64,000 nt of DNA from Utricularia gibba (Eukaryota > Plantae > Magnoliophyta), in contig NEEC01000012.1 in assembly GCA_002189035.1 (NCBI GenBank), positions 558,001 to 622,000 on the forward strand, read 5' to 3'. The notes under the pieces were generated by a model. That model made no database searches and was not told the DNA's origin. It saw only the letters and a list, made by a program, of their open reading frames with translations. Each line of letters begins with the position of its first letter. Position 1 is the first letter of the stretch. The position numbers and the translations under genes were made by a program. Positions 1 to 11,849 of the stretch are shown in pieces.

Positions 1-5
1 ACTAC

Positions 6-787
6 CTGTGTTCCCAATCTCCCACATGGTTCCGCCGCAGAACTTCTACTTTAGAAAACTCCAACATGCGAGCAAAAGTATCTCCTATTATTGTTGATCT
101 CAAGTGACCAACATGCATCTCTTTGGCAATATTTGGTGAGGAAAAGTCAACCACAACTCTTTTTACTTGAAGCTTTGGAGCCCATGTTTCAATGCCATCA
201 ATCAGCATTTTTTGAATGCTCTGCACAAGCATTTTCAAAGAATCTCACTGACAAACATTAACAAGGCTAATGAAAGATAAAAGTATTAAATTCACTCACC
301 TTGGCCATCCACTTGGACGATAGCACAACATTTACAAATCCAGGCCCAGCCACTGTGCAAGAATCTATCATTTCTGATGCAGGCAGATTCTTCATAATTG
401 CCTAAAGGAAAAAAAAAGACACAGAAACTCCATGCCATGTTTCTTGCACAAAATATCCACTAGAAAAAAAAGGAATTATAAAGGCCGCGAATACCATCAT
501 ACCTGTCCAATTTGTTTAGAACCCTCGAACTGAGTTTTTTTCCCTTTAACTTTTGACCACAAAACCATTGCGTTGTTGCTGTCGCAAAACAGAGCCATCA
601 GGGCAAAAGAAGGCTTATTCCTAAACCTGACAAAAGAAAAATCATACCATTGATAGTCGCCATGGCCTCTGTCCTTTTGGACGGGTCCAACAATTGGCCC
701 AACTGACTCTTCTGGAAATGTCACCCTCAAGGCCTCCTCGAACAAGCTTGCTACCTGTTGCTTCAGACTTCCAACTGCTTCCCGCTC
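6..787 (-). CDS. ArgRS: Arginyl-tRNA synthetase (class I), 5' portion; gene continues past the window start; first exon (possible transit peptide, ~1300-1420) unresolved
   Basis: GT-AG exons 648-787, 503-578, 300-401 and 6-220 splice to ...GDYQCNNAM...[11 protein letters not shown]...[26 protein letters not shown] (HIGH-type motif)...NHVGDW. Exon 6-220 is 215 nt where 216 is needed (1-bp loss in the CCC run at 13-15). Confidence 0.95.
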
Positions 788-1428
788 CTGCTTGATTGAA
801 AAATTAATCAAAATGGGTACATTACGCTTTTTAAAAACCTTCAGCGTGCCTATTAAAATAAATGCTTACGTTCGCCATATTCGACACGGCTGAGGCGTAA
901 GTTCGCAGTACGAGCCTCTGAAATCCGCCTAGTTTAGTGAAACGCAAGACACTTAGCGTGCAAGAAAACTATATGCATGCCTACTGTTCAAAATTGATGC
1001 AGCCGAACTTCTACCCAAAAGATCATAAATTTGCGGTGGATTTAAATATCTGTTGTAAGAAAATCGGAGAACGTTTAAGGGCATAATAGAAAAGAAGATT
1101 TTCAACTCAAGTAAAGTCTGGAAAGAGAAGAGAACCCAAAATCATGCATGGCAACAATTCCACATATCAACCCTAATCCGACTAATTCAACTCCGATGGC
1201 CTGTAAAAAGCAGAAACCCCCGATCACACTTCGTATAAACGGCTGCAGTTTAAAGCAAGCCCACGACAGGAATTTCGAGAGTGTGGAAGATGGAAAGAGT
1301 ATTACGCTTGGTGGAGTAGGAAGGACGACAAAGACACAGGCAACGCTGCTGCAGCGGCGGGAAAACTGAAGGAAACAGATGAGAAAATGTGCCGCCGCAG
1401 CTCATCGCAGTTCCGCCTAATTGGCGTT

Positions 1429-1524
1429 TGGGCTGTGAACCTACCTTTGATTAAATGGGCCTTCAGGTTCATCAGTCTACACTCATGGCCCAATTAAGGA
1501 GGCCCACATATGGAGCGAAGCCCA
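1429..1524. promoter_or_regulatory. Cluster of five site II (TGGGCY/RGCCCA) motifs upstream of ArgRS
   Basis: Motifs at 1429, 1456, 1487, 1501 and 1519. Site II clusters are typical of plant translation-machinery promoters. Confidence 0.65.
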
Positions 1525-1544
1525 TTAAGATGCTATCTGGTCAC

Positions 1545-1943
1545 CAATGGTTTAAAAAACGGGGTCCACGAAAAACGGTAACCAGTCCATTTCAATAAAC
1601 TTGACAAATTAGGGTTTTTGGGAGTATGTAACAAAAAAACGGAATTCTTTATTTTTATTCTTCTTTTCTAGAATTTGCGAGATCTTTGATCTAATCTTTA
1701 TTCTTGGTTTTCAAATAAACAATCATAATTGAAGATTTTATTTTGAAACTTGGATATGAAGCCGATGGTGAAGAGATACAAACCTAGAGTTTGATTTAAT
1801 GATTTCATTTGATTTTGAAGATATTACTTTGATGTTATTTTGATGTTTATGTGATTCTGAATCATTAGTTTTATTTGAATTTTAAACATTTTTTCATTTT
1901 CACCACAAACGTTTCAACCCTCGTATAGTTTTTTAAATCATTG
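1545..1943. mobile_element. hAT-type MITE (~399 bp) between the divergent ArgRS and TLP genes
   Basis: TIRs CAATGGTTTAAAAAAC / GTTTTTTAAATCATTG (1 mismatch). Perfect 8-bp TSD CTGGTCAC at 1537-1544 and 1944-1951. Confidence 0.85.
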
Positions 1944-2126
1944 CTGGTCACCACTACTAACAGTCTATTTCATTTTCCCTCCCTTTAAAAATACACGTAT
2001 TTGTATTTTGGCACATGGTTTTAATCTTATGATAAAATAATTAAAAAGAAATATTTCCCTTTGTAAAATATTCCACCACCCTACCGATTCTCTCTCCCTC
2101 CCCAAGCCTTTGCCTTTACCACTGCA

Positions 2127-3192
2127 ATGGAGGAGAAGCTCTTCCTTCGTCCGATCGTGCTTCTCCTTCACTTTTCACTTCTATCAGGTAACGAAATCTT
2201 CTTCTCCGGTGGTGAATTCTGCAAAGTAACTTGGGTTCTGATTTTTTGACCCTGCCCTTGTTACAGGGGTTCGTTCCGCGGCGACGTTCACATTCGTCAA
2301 TAGGTGCGGATTTACCGTCTGGCCAGGGGTTTTATCCAACGCCGGAGTCGCCGCGCTGTCCACAACCGGATTCACCCTGCACGGCGGGGAAACGGAAACT
2401 ATAGACGCGCCGACAGGGTGGGGAGGCCGGTTTTGGGGCAGGACATATTGCGGCGGCCAAGGCACAAACGGCCAATTCCTCTGCGCCACCGGGGACTGCC
2501 GCTCTGGTCGATTGGCATGCGATGGAGCGGGGCGGAGCCACCTGTTACTCTCGCTGAATTCACCCTCGACGGCGCCGACGGCAAGGATTTCTACGACATT
2601 AGTCTCGTTGACGGTTTCAATTTGCCGATGCTGGTGGTGCCGCAGGGCGGTTCCGGTGTCAATTGCACGAGCGCGGGGTGCTTGGAGGATTTGAACATCG
2701 GATGCCCCACGCAGCTGCGCGTTACCGCCGATGACAACGGCGGCGGCGCAGTGGCATGTAAAAGCGCTTGTGATGCTTTCGGGTCGGATCAGCACTGCTG
2801 CAGCGGGGCGTACGCCACACCCGCTTCCTGCAAACCATCACAGTTTTCGCAGACGTTCAAGCGCGCGTGTCCGCAAGCATATAGCTACGCGTATGACGAT
2901 GAAACGAGCACGTTCACATGCACCGGCGGCGACTACACCATAATCTTTTGCCCGTCTCCGAACACCAGGTGTGTTTCCTGAATCACCCTCTTTGTTTTTT
3001 CTTCTGTGGAAGCATCAACTCCGCTTAATCTGCAGTCTAAAGTCCTCTTCCGGCGGCCAAACTGGAGTAACGGCGGAGGATAGCCATATGATATACGAGG
3101 GGGCATCGGAGATGAGCGCCGCCTCAGACACCAGGTGCTGGCGCGCGCTGCGCGCCGCCGGCGCCGTGTGGTGGCTGCTGAGTCTCCTCTGA
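2127..3192 (+). CDS. TLP: Thaumatin-like protein (PR-5 family) with signal peptide and hydrophobic C-terminal extension
   Basis: Exons 2127-2187, 2267-2968 and 3036-3192. Motifs FTFVNRCGFTVWPG, GRFWGRTYC, TLAEFTL, DFYDISLVDGFNLP, FKRACPQAYSYAYDD, YTIIFCP. Apparent 1-bp loss in the G run at 2529-2532. C-terminal AAGAVWWLLSLL resembles a membrane/GPI signal (inference). Confidence 0.93.
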
Positions 3193-5444
3193 GTGACTAC
3201 CAGATGCATCAGTGTGAGGCAACACGAAGATAGATGTAACTTAGTCCCATTCTGGTGGTATTGCTACCAAATTATTATGCGGAAGACGCAATCAATGCTT
3301 CTCGCACGGCATTCTAGTTCAAATTCAACAACTTTTAAAAAAAAACCTAAATGTTATTTTTTTAATTTTCTTAATATATTTACAATGAATTCAATTCATA
3401 TGACTCAAATTCATGGAGTTTCGGATCATCAAATATTTAAAAATGAGGACAAAATGCTTTTTTTTTATATGTAAAGATAAAAATGAAGTGAGTGTATGCT
3501 TTTTGGACTTAATCTGGTAATTTTAATTTGTGTTTTCAAATGAGTAGGATGCGGCGGACACCCATATTACTTATATATTTGTGAATTCTAGGTATGGAAT
3601 GGAGTGGAGCTGTCTGTCTAATCGTGAAATGCAATGGTGGGCGGTGTCTGCCACCCAGCCCCCTTTTATCCTCCTCGTATCGTCATCGTGTAGTGTAGCC
3701 TTCATTATCCTAAGCCCCAGAGATAGGGCTGGACTGGACTGGAACACAGTAATGTCAAAGATATCACTGCATGAGGACCCAACGCTAATGTTCTTTCTTA
3801 GTCACTCTACTTTCATCCGTGCAACGCAATAAAGGGCAGCCCGCCCGCCAGCCAGCGCCTTTTCTTTCTTCTTTTGCGCTTTTCCTGATGTTGCGCCACT
3901 CACGACGCTTCCTTCTTTTCCTTTTTACTCTTTTCGGTCTCGCCCCTCAAAAGCTAACAACACACGGGACATCAACACACAAATTTGTAAAAACAAAATA
4001 TTTGTATATATCAATTTTATATTAATTTTTGAAGAAATATAATCAGTTTGTGTAGTAAGTTTTATATTCATTTTGTTTTGAATCATTTTAAAATTAAAAT
4101 AAATAAATAATGTAATTGTAAAATATAATAAAAATAGGATTTTTAAAAACTAAACAAATGACGTGTATTTATTCAAAAAACACATACTCAAAAATTTCTT
4201 AGGTTATGTTTCGTTGATGGTTTATTGAGGGTTTTGAGGAATGCACTATTTAATTCGTACATGTCATAATAAATTTTAAAATAAATCCACACTTTAATTT
4301 AAATTTAATTTAAGATAAACCAAAATCTCATATACATGTTTATTGAAGACAGTGAAAGTAAAATGCAAAATCAATCATTTAAAACCATAATTCAAATATT
4401 TTTTATCATTAAATATAATATATCTAAATCCATATACCAAAATTAAAAAAAACTCATACTCAAGAATAACGTATATATTCGATCGACAACAATAATTAAA
4501 ATTAAAAGAAAGAATAATGCACGCAACGTATTTGTTACAGGAAAAACTGAAATATAAGCTACTTTTACAATTAATTGGAGAAATTAAGTTCATTCTAGAT
4601 GAATCATCGTGATTGTCATAAAGCATCATTGACAAAGCATGGGCATGGGAAGAGATCACATAAAATAAAATTATCATCTTTAAAAAATAAATATTTGATC
4701 TTGAAAAACGTAAAAATTAAAAAAGAATTAGATGGGATGTACTTCTATAAATACCCATCAATCATTCTCAAATACCATTTGAAAAACCGGAATAAATCTA
4801 GTTTTAATGAAGGAAAAGCAAGTTTAGTAATTTTTTATTTTTAAAATATTCTATTTGAATTTTTAATTATATTAATTTGAATGTTGTTAATGTATATTTG
4901 AGATTTTTTTGAATATATTTTTCAAAAATTGGTTAAATAATTCATTATATATATTTAAATTTGATTTTTTGAAATATATTTTTGTGTTTATTTTTTATGA
5001 TATGTTTATTTAAAAACATCATTTTTTTAATTTGATTTAGTTTAGATAATTCATTAAATATATTTATGTTTGATATTTTTTAAAATATTTTTAAATTTAT
5101 TCATATGTATATTTTGAGTGTCAAACTTGTTTAATTATATTGGTTTTTAATATAATTGTATGTTTTTTCAGATTTTTTATTAAATTTGAATACTAAAAAA
5201 TTTGGAATGAAACTTATTAACGAGGATAAATAATCACATTTTTAATTTGAATACTATGTTATTTATTTAATTAATTTTAATATAATAGTTTATTTTGACA
5301 TTCACATTATTAATTTATATTTGGGGTTCTTTTTTTATGAAAATATTATGCTCCTTATTTAGCACAATTTTCAAATATTATATTTATATAACATTTGTTT
5401 TTTTTTTAATTTCACATATGTATGTGTCTTTTCATTATATATCT

Positions 5445-5778
5445 TAAATATTTATCTAATTTACTTTCTTGTGATTTTAGGTTTATGGATCCTCAAAATA
5501 TATCATTGGATTCTAGCTTATTGTATTTACAAGATCATCATATTTCCATTCGCATTTTAAATCGTAAAAATTTGAACAATGTTTTTACATTTAAATATTG
5601 GAATAGTATTTTACGTGATTTAGAGATCTCTACTCTAGTGGCCAAAATTTTTTATTCTTGAGGATTCTATGGAGTTTTAAAAACATATTGAATTTTATAT
5701 GACTATCACTTACTTTTAGCATTGAAAGAAAGATGGCGGCCTGAACCAGAACATTTCACCTTTTTTGTGGAGAGTTAT
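5445..5778 (+). pseudogene. PMD (aminotransferase-like Plant Mobile Domain) gene, N-terminal fragment
   Basis: Translates with stops and frameshifts as DPQNISLDSSLLYLQDHHIS...LLLALKERWRPE(T)RTFHLFCGEL, matching the ERWRPETHTFHLPxGE motif. Confidence 0.75.
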
Positions 5779-5779
5779 T

Positions 5780-7320
5780 AATTCAAATTTATATTTTAAA
5801 TTTATTTACTTGGGTAAAGCAATAGTTGAAATACAAGTCAGGTATAATTATATCATTGATTATAATAAAGCATGATTTGGTGTGCGACGTGCATTTGAAC
5901 TTGTACATGAATCTTGAGAATCTTCAATGAATAAATTACCACATTATATATTGGTCGTTCAAGTGACGAATCCTGGTACAATTGTAGAGTGGTCTTTTTA
6001 TGATACATAATTAGGACCTAATCATAAAATATTCTGCTGTGTGTTTTAGGCTTTTAAGCCTTGCCTTGATGCATATCAATTATGTACTCCAGTGATTTCT
6101 ATTGATGCAACACATCTTTATGCAAGGTAATGTTTTAATTTTAGAATTTCGATTTATATATTTTATTATCTGTAATTTACAATTTTATGCACATGTATGA
6201 TCATAAATTACTAATTATTGTTTGTTGCGATTTTGGTGGACATATAATACCATTAGCATATGCTATTGTACATGATGAAAACATAGAATCATATTCATGG
6301 TTCATTGAGAATCTAGATGCTTTCATTATTCGACAACAAGCATGTACAATCATCTCGGATCGTCATACTGGTATATTAGCCGCTGTTAGTTCTATGCAAA
6401 CATTTACAAATGGCAGGCTTATTCATTGTTGGTGCCTTCGATATTTTGTTTCCAATTTTTACAAGTCTGTAAAAAATAAAGGCTTAAAGGAACATTTATA
6501 TGCGGCTGGTGCTACACCAAATAAGGTGAAATTCCTAGGATATATGGAGGAAATCTTTACTCATCACACGGCAGCACAATGGCTGAATCGTCCTAAGATT
6601 TTGAATAATACTGACAAATGGATGCTTGCATTTGACAATGGCAAGCGTCACGGATATTTGACTACAAATTAGGTAGAATGCATGAATGGAGTTTTTAAGA
6701 AAATACGAAGATATCCAATTTGCAGCACTATGGATTTTACTTTCTATTGGATGCAAATAATGTTTATTACAAAGCGTTAAGAGATCGCTCATTTCAATGA
6801 TAATAGAGAGATATGTTATTTCAAATTATTTTGTATTGAAATTTATAAATGATTCATACTTAATGTATTTGATAATGAAACAGATTTTCAAGGACAAGAC
6901 AAACGCATGGTTTCAAAAACAACAACAAAAAGTAGGGCGATTTCAATTATACTATTAGGATCCTAATCGTCTTGTTGGTTCTGTTTATGTTGTTTCGCGA
7001 AAACATGCAAAATGGAACCGACAAATAGTTGATTTGCAATCACAAACATGCACATGTGGAAAATTTTTGATTCACCGACTTCCTTGCTCTCATGCTCTAA
7101 AATGTGGGAAAATGTGTCGAATGCTATCAAACCAAATGGTTATTTGTGTATCGACTTTGAATTTGTTGCAGATGCAGTATGATGATAAAGTATTACAAGA
7201 TTTAGGTTAAGAAGTCAAATGGCCTCAAGCAATTTTGTAATTGTATCATGATAAACGTCGTGAGAAACATGGAAGAGGTCGTCGTCGTGGCAACAGAATT
7301 TCAAATGAAATGGATGGATG
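5780..7320 (+). pseudogene. MULE transposase, central DDE and SWIM zinc-finger region
   Basis: YNKA*FGVRRAFE...KLPHY...TNPGTIVEW; VISIDATHLY; IPLAYAIVHDENIESYSWF; IISDRHTGILAAV; HCWCLRYFVSNF; CTCGKFLIHRLPCSHA (~7050-7095). Multiple stops. Confidence 0.88.
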
Positions 7321-7829
7321 ATGTATTGTTTTTATATTAGTGCTTTTGAATTTTGACTCTTAAGTAATTATTGAATAAATAAAATATTATCCTTTAATAA
7401 TTATTCTTATTCCTTAATATATTAAGTATTATTTATGTCATGACTCAAACTAGACTTTCAGAAACCTCGCAAACAACAACGCTCCTTCTCCATATGGAGT
7501 TCGGAACCCAAAGGCAATCGTTGAGTGAACATTATCTTCTTTGTGTTAGTTGACCTAACCAAAAGCTATGGAACTTGGGTGTGTGTCTTTTGAATGGCTT
7601 TTTTTTTTCTGAGCTGTCCCGAACCCGGTGAATCAAGTACTTAAGGATGTGGTCTCCGGGTTCCTGCCTTGAAGACCCAAACTTCTCGCTCCCACCGGCC
7701 GGCTGATGGAAATCTGCACATCAAACATGTCTATTCTAGGTTTAGGCTTGCCTCTTCATGCCCAACACCGAGTCCTCCATCTTTGTTGCATAGATCCTCA
7801 CCCTGGTGTGCCAGAAGACCATTATAGGT

Positions 7830-7890
7830 ACTCAATCTTTTTTTACCCTTGTTGATGATTGGTCTAGGTGCACCTGAACTTACCTAGATA
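7830..7890 (+). mobile_element. Short Ty1/Copia integrase-like fragment inside the MULE
   Basis: Translates as TQSFFTLVDDWSRCT*TYL, resembling the Copia integrase FLTIVDDFSRxTWxYL motif. Confidence 0.45.
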
Positions 7891-8254
7891 TTTTTTGGAA
7901 GCCTTATACTTAGCTAAAAATCATGAAACTTGATCCATTGGAAAGATAAGGAGAGATCTACTTAAAGAATCAAGAATCATATAAATCAAATCATCCAAGA
8001 TTAAGTTACAAATTTTTAAAGTTGGACTCCGAAAACTGTTTCTCGGTAACAAAGGCAATTTGAGCGATTTTAGGAAAAAGTGCATAACTTTCTATTCCTA
8101 GCTTCAAATCCAAATATTCTTTTTAAGAATGAAAGGTAACACACTAAGCTACAAAAGTCATGTTTACCTCTTCAGATTCGTAGCCACTTATAACATACAA
8201 ATGCATGAACAAGCAACAAATGTTCAAAACACAACAACACATAAATAAACAAAA

Positions 8255-10200
8255 GTCAAGTTCTAGTTGTTTTCATCCTCCTTTTCATCGTATCTATTTT
8301 TCCTAATACCAATGTTAGATGAAGGCACCATTAGATTAGGCCTCGGAGGTACAGGTGGAATAGTAAAATTCCCATATTACCATGAAGAAGACCTTCCCAC
8401 CATTGAAGAGAACCCCATATTCACACCACCAACATAAGGTGGTGTCTGAAATTCATAAGGTGTATTCTATTGTGTTGGGAGTGGATGCATGTAATGCGGG
8501 ATAAATTGTGGATCAAAACTCTCATGAGTTAGATATGTCGGCATCGAATTACTAGAAAACTGCAAAGCTTGTAAATAATCTTGTGATGGAATTCTGAAAC
8601 AAAAGGGTTGCCTGAACAACTAATTGGGTAGGATTCTCTAGGATAAGGCTCTACATACATCAAAGGCCAATATGATCTATCAAATAAATAGTCTTGAATT
8701 CTGTGGGAGGCAGTCTCGACTAACTCCCTCATCATAGTTGGATTAGTAAAGGACATATTGGCCATGTTATCAAATTAAGATGTCTGCATAATGAAATGTA
8801 TGAAAAAAATATTGTTAACCAAACCAGTTATATAAGACTCTTAAAAATTTAAAAAGTAAATATAAAATTATACTATTACTGCATACGCAAGAGGCTATGC
8901 AACTCCTCCTAACCAACCTTTATTGAACTTTGTTGGAATTGTACCAAGAAATCTTATTGAGACTCTTTCATAACACTCATAATATTCTTTCTCACTTGCT
9001 ACAAAATCTTAGGACTAATATTGGTTCACCATCCTTGCATTCAAAGTCTCAAGATAGTGACAATTTCTTGATTCCCATTGTTGATCTTTAAAAGTCCAAC
9101 ATTTTGGTGGAGAGTCGGTTGGATTTTGTGGAATGCACAATGGTAATCCATACTGAGGTGTCACTCTGTACACATTGTGATGTTCAAATATTCCAAAAAA
9201 GAGCAATGGCCCACAATATGTTCAAATTTTACGACAATCTTCTTCATCACCTGAAAATCTTTATTCGAATACAGTTGCCAAATAAATTGGAAACAAAAAA
9301 GTCAGAAATATACATAAAAAAATTCTAGACTATCTCTGAAACAAAGTTATTTAGTTCGATTTTCACCTTGTCGTGTTCAATAAGTTCTAGACTATCTCTG
9401 AAAAAAATAGTTGATTGTGAGCCGTAGTCATCCATTCCATATATATAACGTACCTTTATTAAAAAACAACAATTATTACGAAAAAGATATTTATGTTTAT
9501 AATATTCATAAATTTTTTACCTTCAATCATAAATCATGCGGCATTCTGGATCATATGATATACCAGGAATAGGCATATGCAGACTAGGTGATAAAGTCTA
9601 GATTCGAGTCAAATCTCCTATCTAAAAATAGTCTTTTATATTTTGAAGAATTAAAAAAATTGTGTATGAAAATTTTATTAACAAACCTGTAAAAGTCGCA
9701 TAGGTCCACTTAAAGTCCAATGTCCATTAATGGATCTCTCACTTAACGTACGATAAAGATAAGCCAAAACAGCTGAACTCCAACTAAGTTGTTTAGTTTC
9801 TTCATCATCAGTGAATAAATCCATATAGTCGAGGCAACCTTCACTCCCTTTCGTATTAGGGAAAAAAATATCACATACGATCAAAGCAGTAATACAACAA
9901 GCATACCTACAATCAGTAGAATTATTGATAAATTAAAAACCAAACAAAGAATTGGAGAATTATCATGTTGTATCAAGCTGCTCTGAATTGGGACCAATTG
10001 TCTTCCCAAACTCCTAAACATAATCTTTAAATTTTGAAAGTGAGAATTTTGTTGTGTTTTGGAGTTGTGCCATTGTTCACCCAAACCTACTTTCAACAAA
10101 TTCAAGCTATGCATTCTGATTTTTCGATGTCCTCTTGTAATAAATGGAAAGACCATTCACTCGAAAACCTCAAATAACAGATACATCATGTAGAGTTACT
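8255..10200 (-). pseudogene. PMD gene, central and C-terminal fragment
   Basis: Begins VTLHDVSVI*GFRVNG (TITLQDV motif) at ~10200, then ILLIVG...FFPNTKG...LSWSSAVLAYLYRTL...LSGPMRLLQV. Degraded. Confidence 0.82.
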
Positions 10201-10205
10201 ATAAC

Positions 10206-11444
10206 CTATAAATTTTTTTTGGATATAATTAACTATTTAAAAATAACATCTAAAAAGTATTATGAACTACTATGAAAATATTACCTTACATATTCTAGAC
10301 ATAATGTACCAAATCTCGCCTAATAAAACTCTCCGAAATGTTTCTATGTTTGTTGCCATCTATTCCACTTCTACAAGAAGGTGGCTGAAAAATTTGGAAT
10401 TGTCAAATGCCATCTCTCTTTTATTAGTAGAGACGAATGTGAAAGTTACACTGTGTTGTTTGAGCAGAGTAGCATTTCAGTACCAAATGCTTTGATTTAC
10501 TTTCACTCATTTGATACTAAAAATGATTCTTAATATGCCAATGGCGAACACAAAAATAAGTTTTTCTTTAGATTTAAATCCCAATACAACTTCTAAGATG
10601 GGATTATCAAGATAGTAGCTCATATAAATACATATGATTGCAAATGAATTTGCAATCATTGGTTCTCCACTCTTAAATAATATAGCCAACTTTTCAAATG
10701 TATCTCAGATAAATTGATATCCCAAATTTGGTGCATACAAAACAGGAACTCGTGGCAGTTGAGTAGTGGTATCCATATTTTCTTGAGACTCATTTTCATT
10801 TGTGTTTTTAGTTGACATAAGCTCGGATTCTAATTCAAAAGTTGAAGAATCAGACTCATATAGTGGCAATAGGGATGAAAGTTAAAGCCCAACCGGCCCG
10901 TCCTAGCCCTAAAAAACATCGGGTTAGGGCCTATACATTAATGACCCGAAAGATTGTCAAGTTTTTTTCTGGCCGAAGCCCCAAGCCCTTAGGGTCGATT
11001 GGGCTTTGGGCCTTAAAGCTCGACGGGTCTAGGGCCAATTTAAAAATAGAATTTTTATATATAATTATTATAATTATTTTTAATTTTGAATAATTTAAAT
11101 TCATTTTATATATACTATTTTATTTTAAATATAAATAATATGAATAAATAATGTATATAATAATTTTAATTTTTTTCTATAAATTATTTAAATAATATTA
11201 AAATGTATATTAATGTTTAATAATTTTTTAAAATTTTTTATTTATTATATGGTAAGCCCATGGTCCGATTAGGACCAGCCCAGCCCTATGAATAATCGAG
11301 CTAGGGCCACATTAATCTTATTTTTATGTGATTGGGCTTTAGCCCGACCCTAGCCCGAAACTTGGCGAGGCCCTTTGAAATAGGGTCGGGCCAGCTCGGC
11401 GCGGCCCAACTTTCATCTCTGAGTGGCACAGTACTAGATGCCAT
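10206..11444 (-). pseudogene. MuDR-type transposase N-terminal region, interrupted by a MITE
   Basis: Removing the MITE plus one TSD copy restores MASSTVPLYESDSSTFELES...QLPRVPVLY...LEVVLGFKSKEKLIF (MuDR-like N-terminal domain). Confidence 0.72.
10870..11421. mobile_element. hAT-type MITE (~552 bp)
   Basis: TIRs TAGGGATGAAAGT / ACTTTCATCTCTG. 8-bp TSD AGTGGCAA (10862-10869) / AGTGGCAC (11422-11429). GGCCC/GGGCC-rich subterminal repeats flank an AT-rich core. Confidence 0.85.
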
Positions 11445-11849
11445 TGTAATATCAAATGAAAGGAATGGATAAGTTAGTATTTGAATACACTTCTCTATTT
11501 ATAATTCTTTTATAGAATTATTTATTTACTTTCACATTCATGAGATATATTTAAAATTAATGACAACCCCTACTTTTGTGTTCATAAGACATGATTTTCT
11601 AGAAGGTGCATCTCTCTTCTTGAAAATCTTCTCTTAAAATCTTGATGATTGGTCAAGACTGGCTGACATTCTTAACCAGTCATCAAGATTGTGAATCAGT
11701 CTCGATGACTCATCGAGACTATCTAACATTTGGTCAATATTGTCAAACAGTCTCGATGAGTCATCGAGATTGTCAATTGATGAACCCAATTTCACCCATT
11801 ACTTGTAAAAGTAGCCTATATTTCGCTTTTCTCTTATTTGTCGTGACCA

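Larger units (their letters stand above)
4538..11834. mobile_element. Degenerate Mutator-like element (MULE copy 1) carrying transposase and PMD genes, internally inverted
   Basis: Degenerate inverted termini: 4538-4610 (GAAAAACTGAAATATAAGCTACTTTTACAA...) versus reverse complement of 11770-11834. Candidate 9-bp TSD TATTTGTTA (4529-4537) / TATTTGTCG (11835-11843). MuDR, MULE-DDE, SWIM and PMD coding remnants lie inside. Confidence 0.75.

Noticed and set aside
1302-1493. Six-frame ORF and an alternative-frame ATG (MSCGGTFSHLF...) as the first ArgRS exon
   Set aside because: It plausibly encodes a transit peptide, but I could not find a donor of the right phase to join exon 648-787, so it is left unresolved.
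2184-2795. 203-aa minus-strand ORF
   Set aside because: Antisense shadow of the GC-rich thaumatin coding exon.
3540-3970. GC-richer patch with CT-rich tract after the TLP gene
   Set aside because: No recognisable coding, RNA or transposon signature; could be regulatory, but nothing supports a call.
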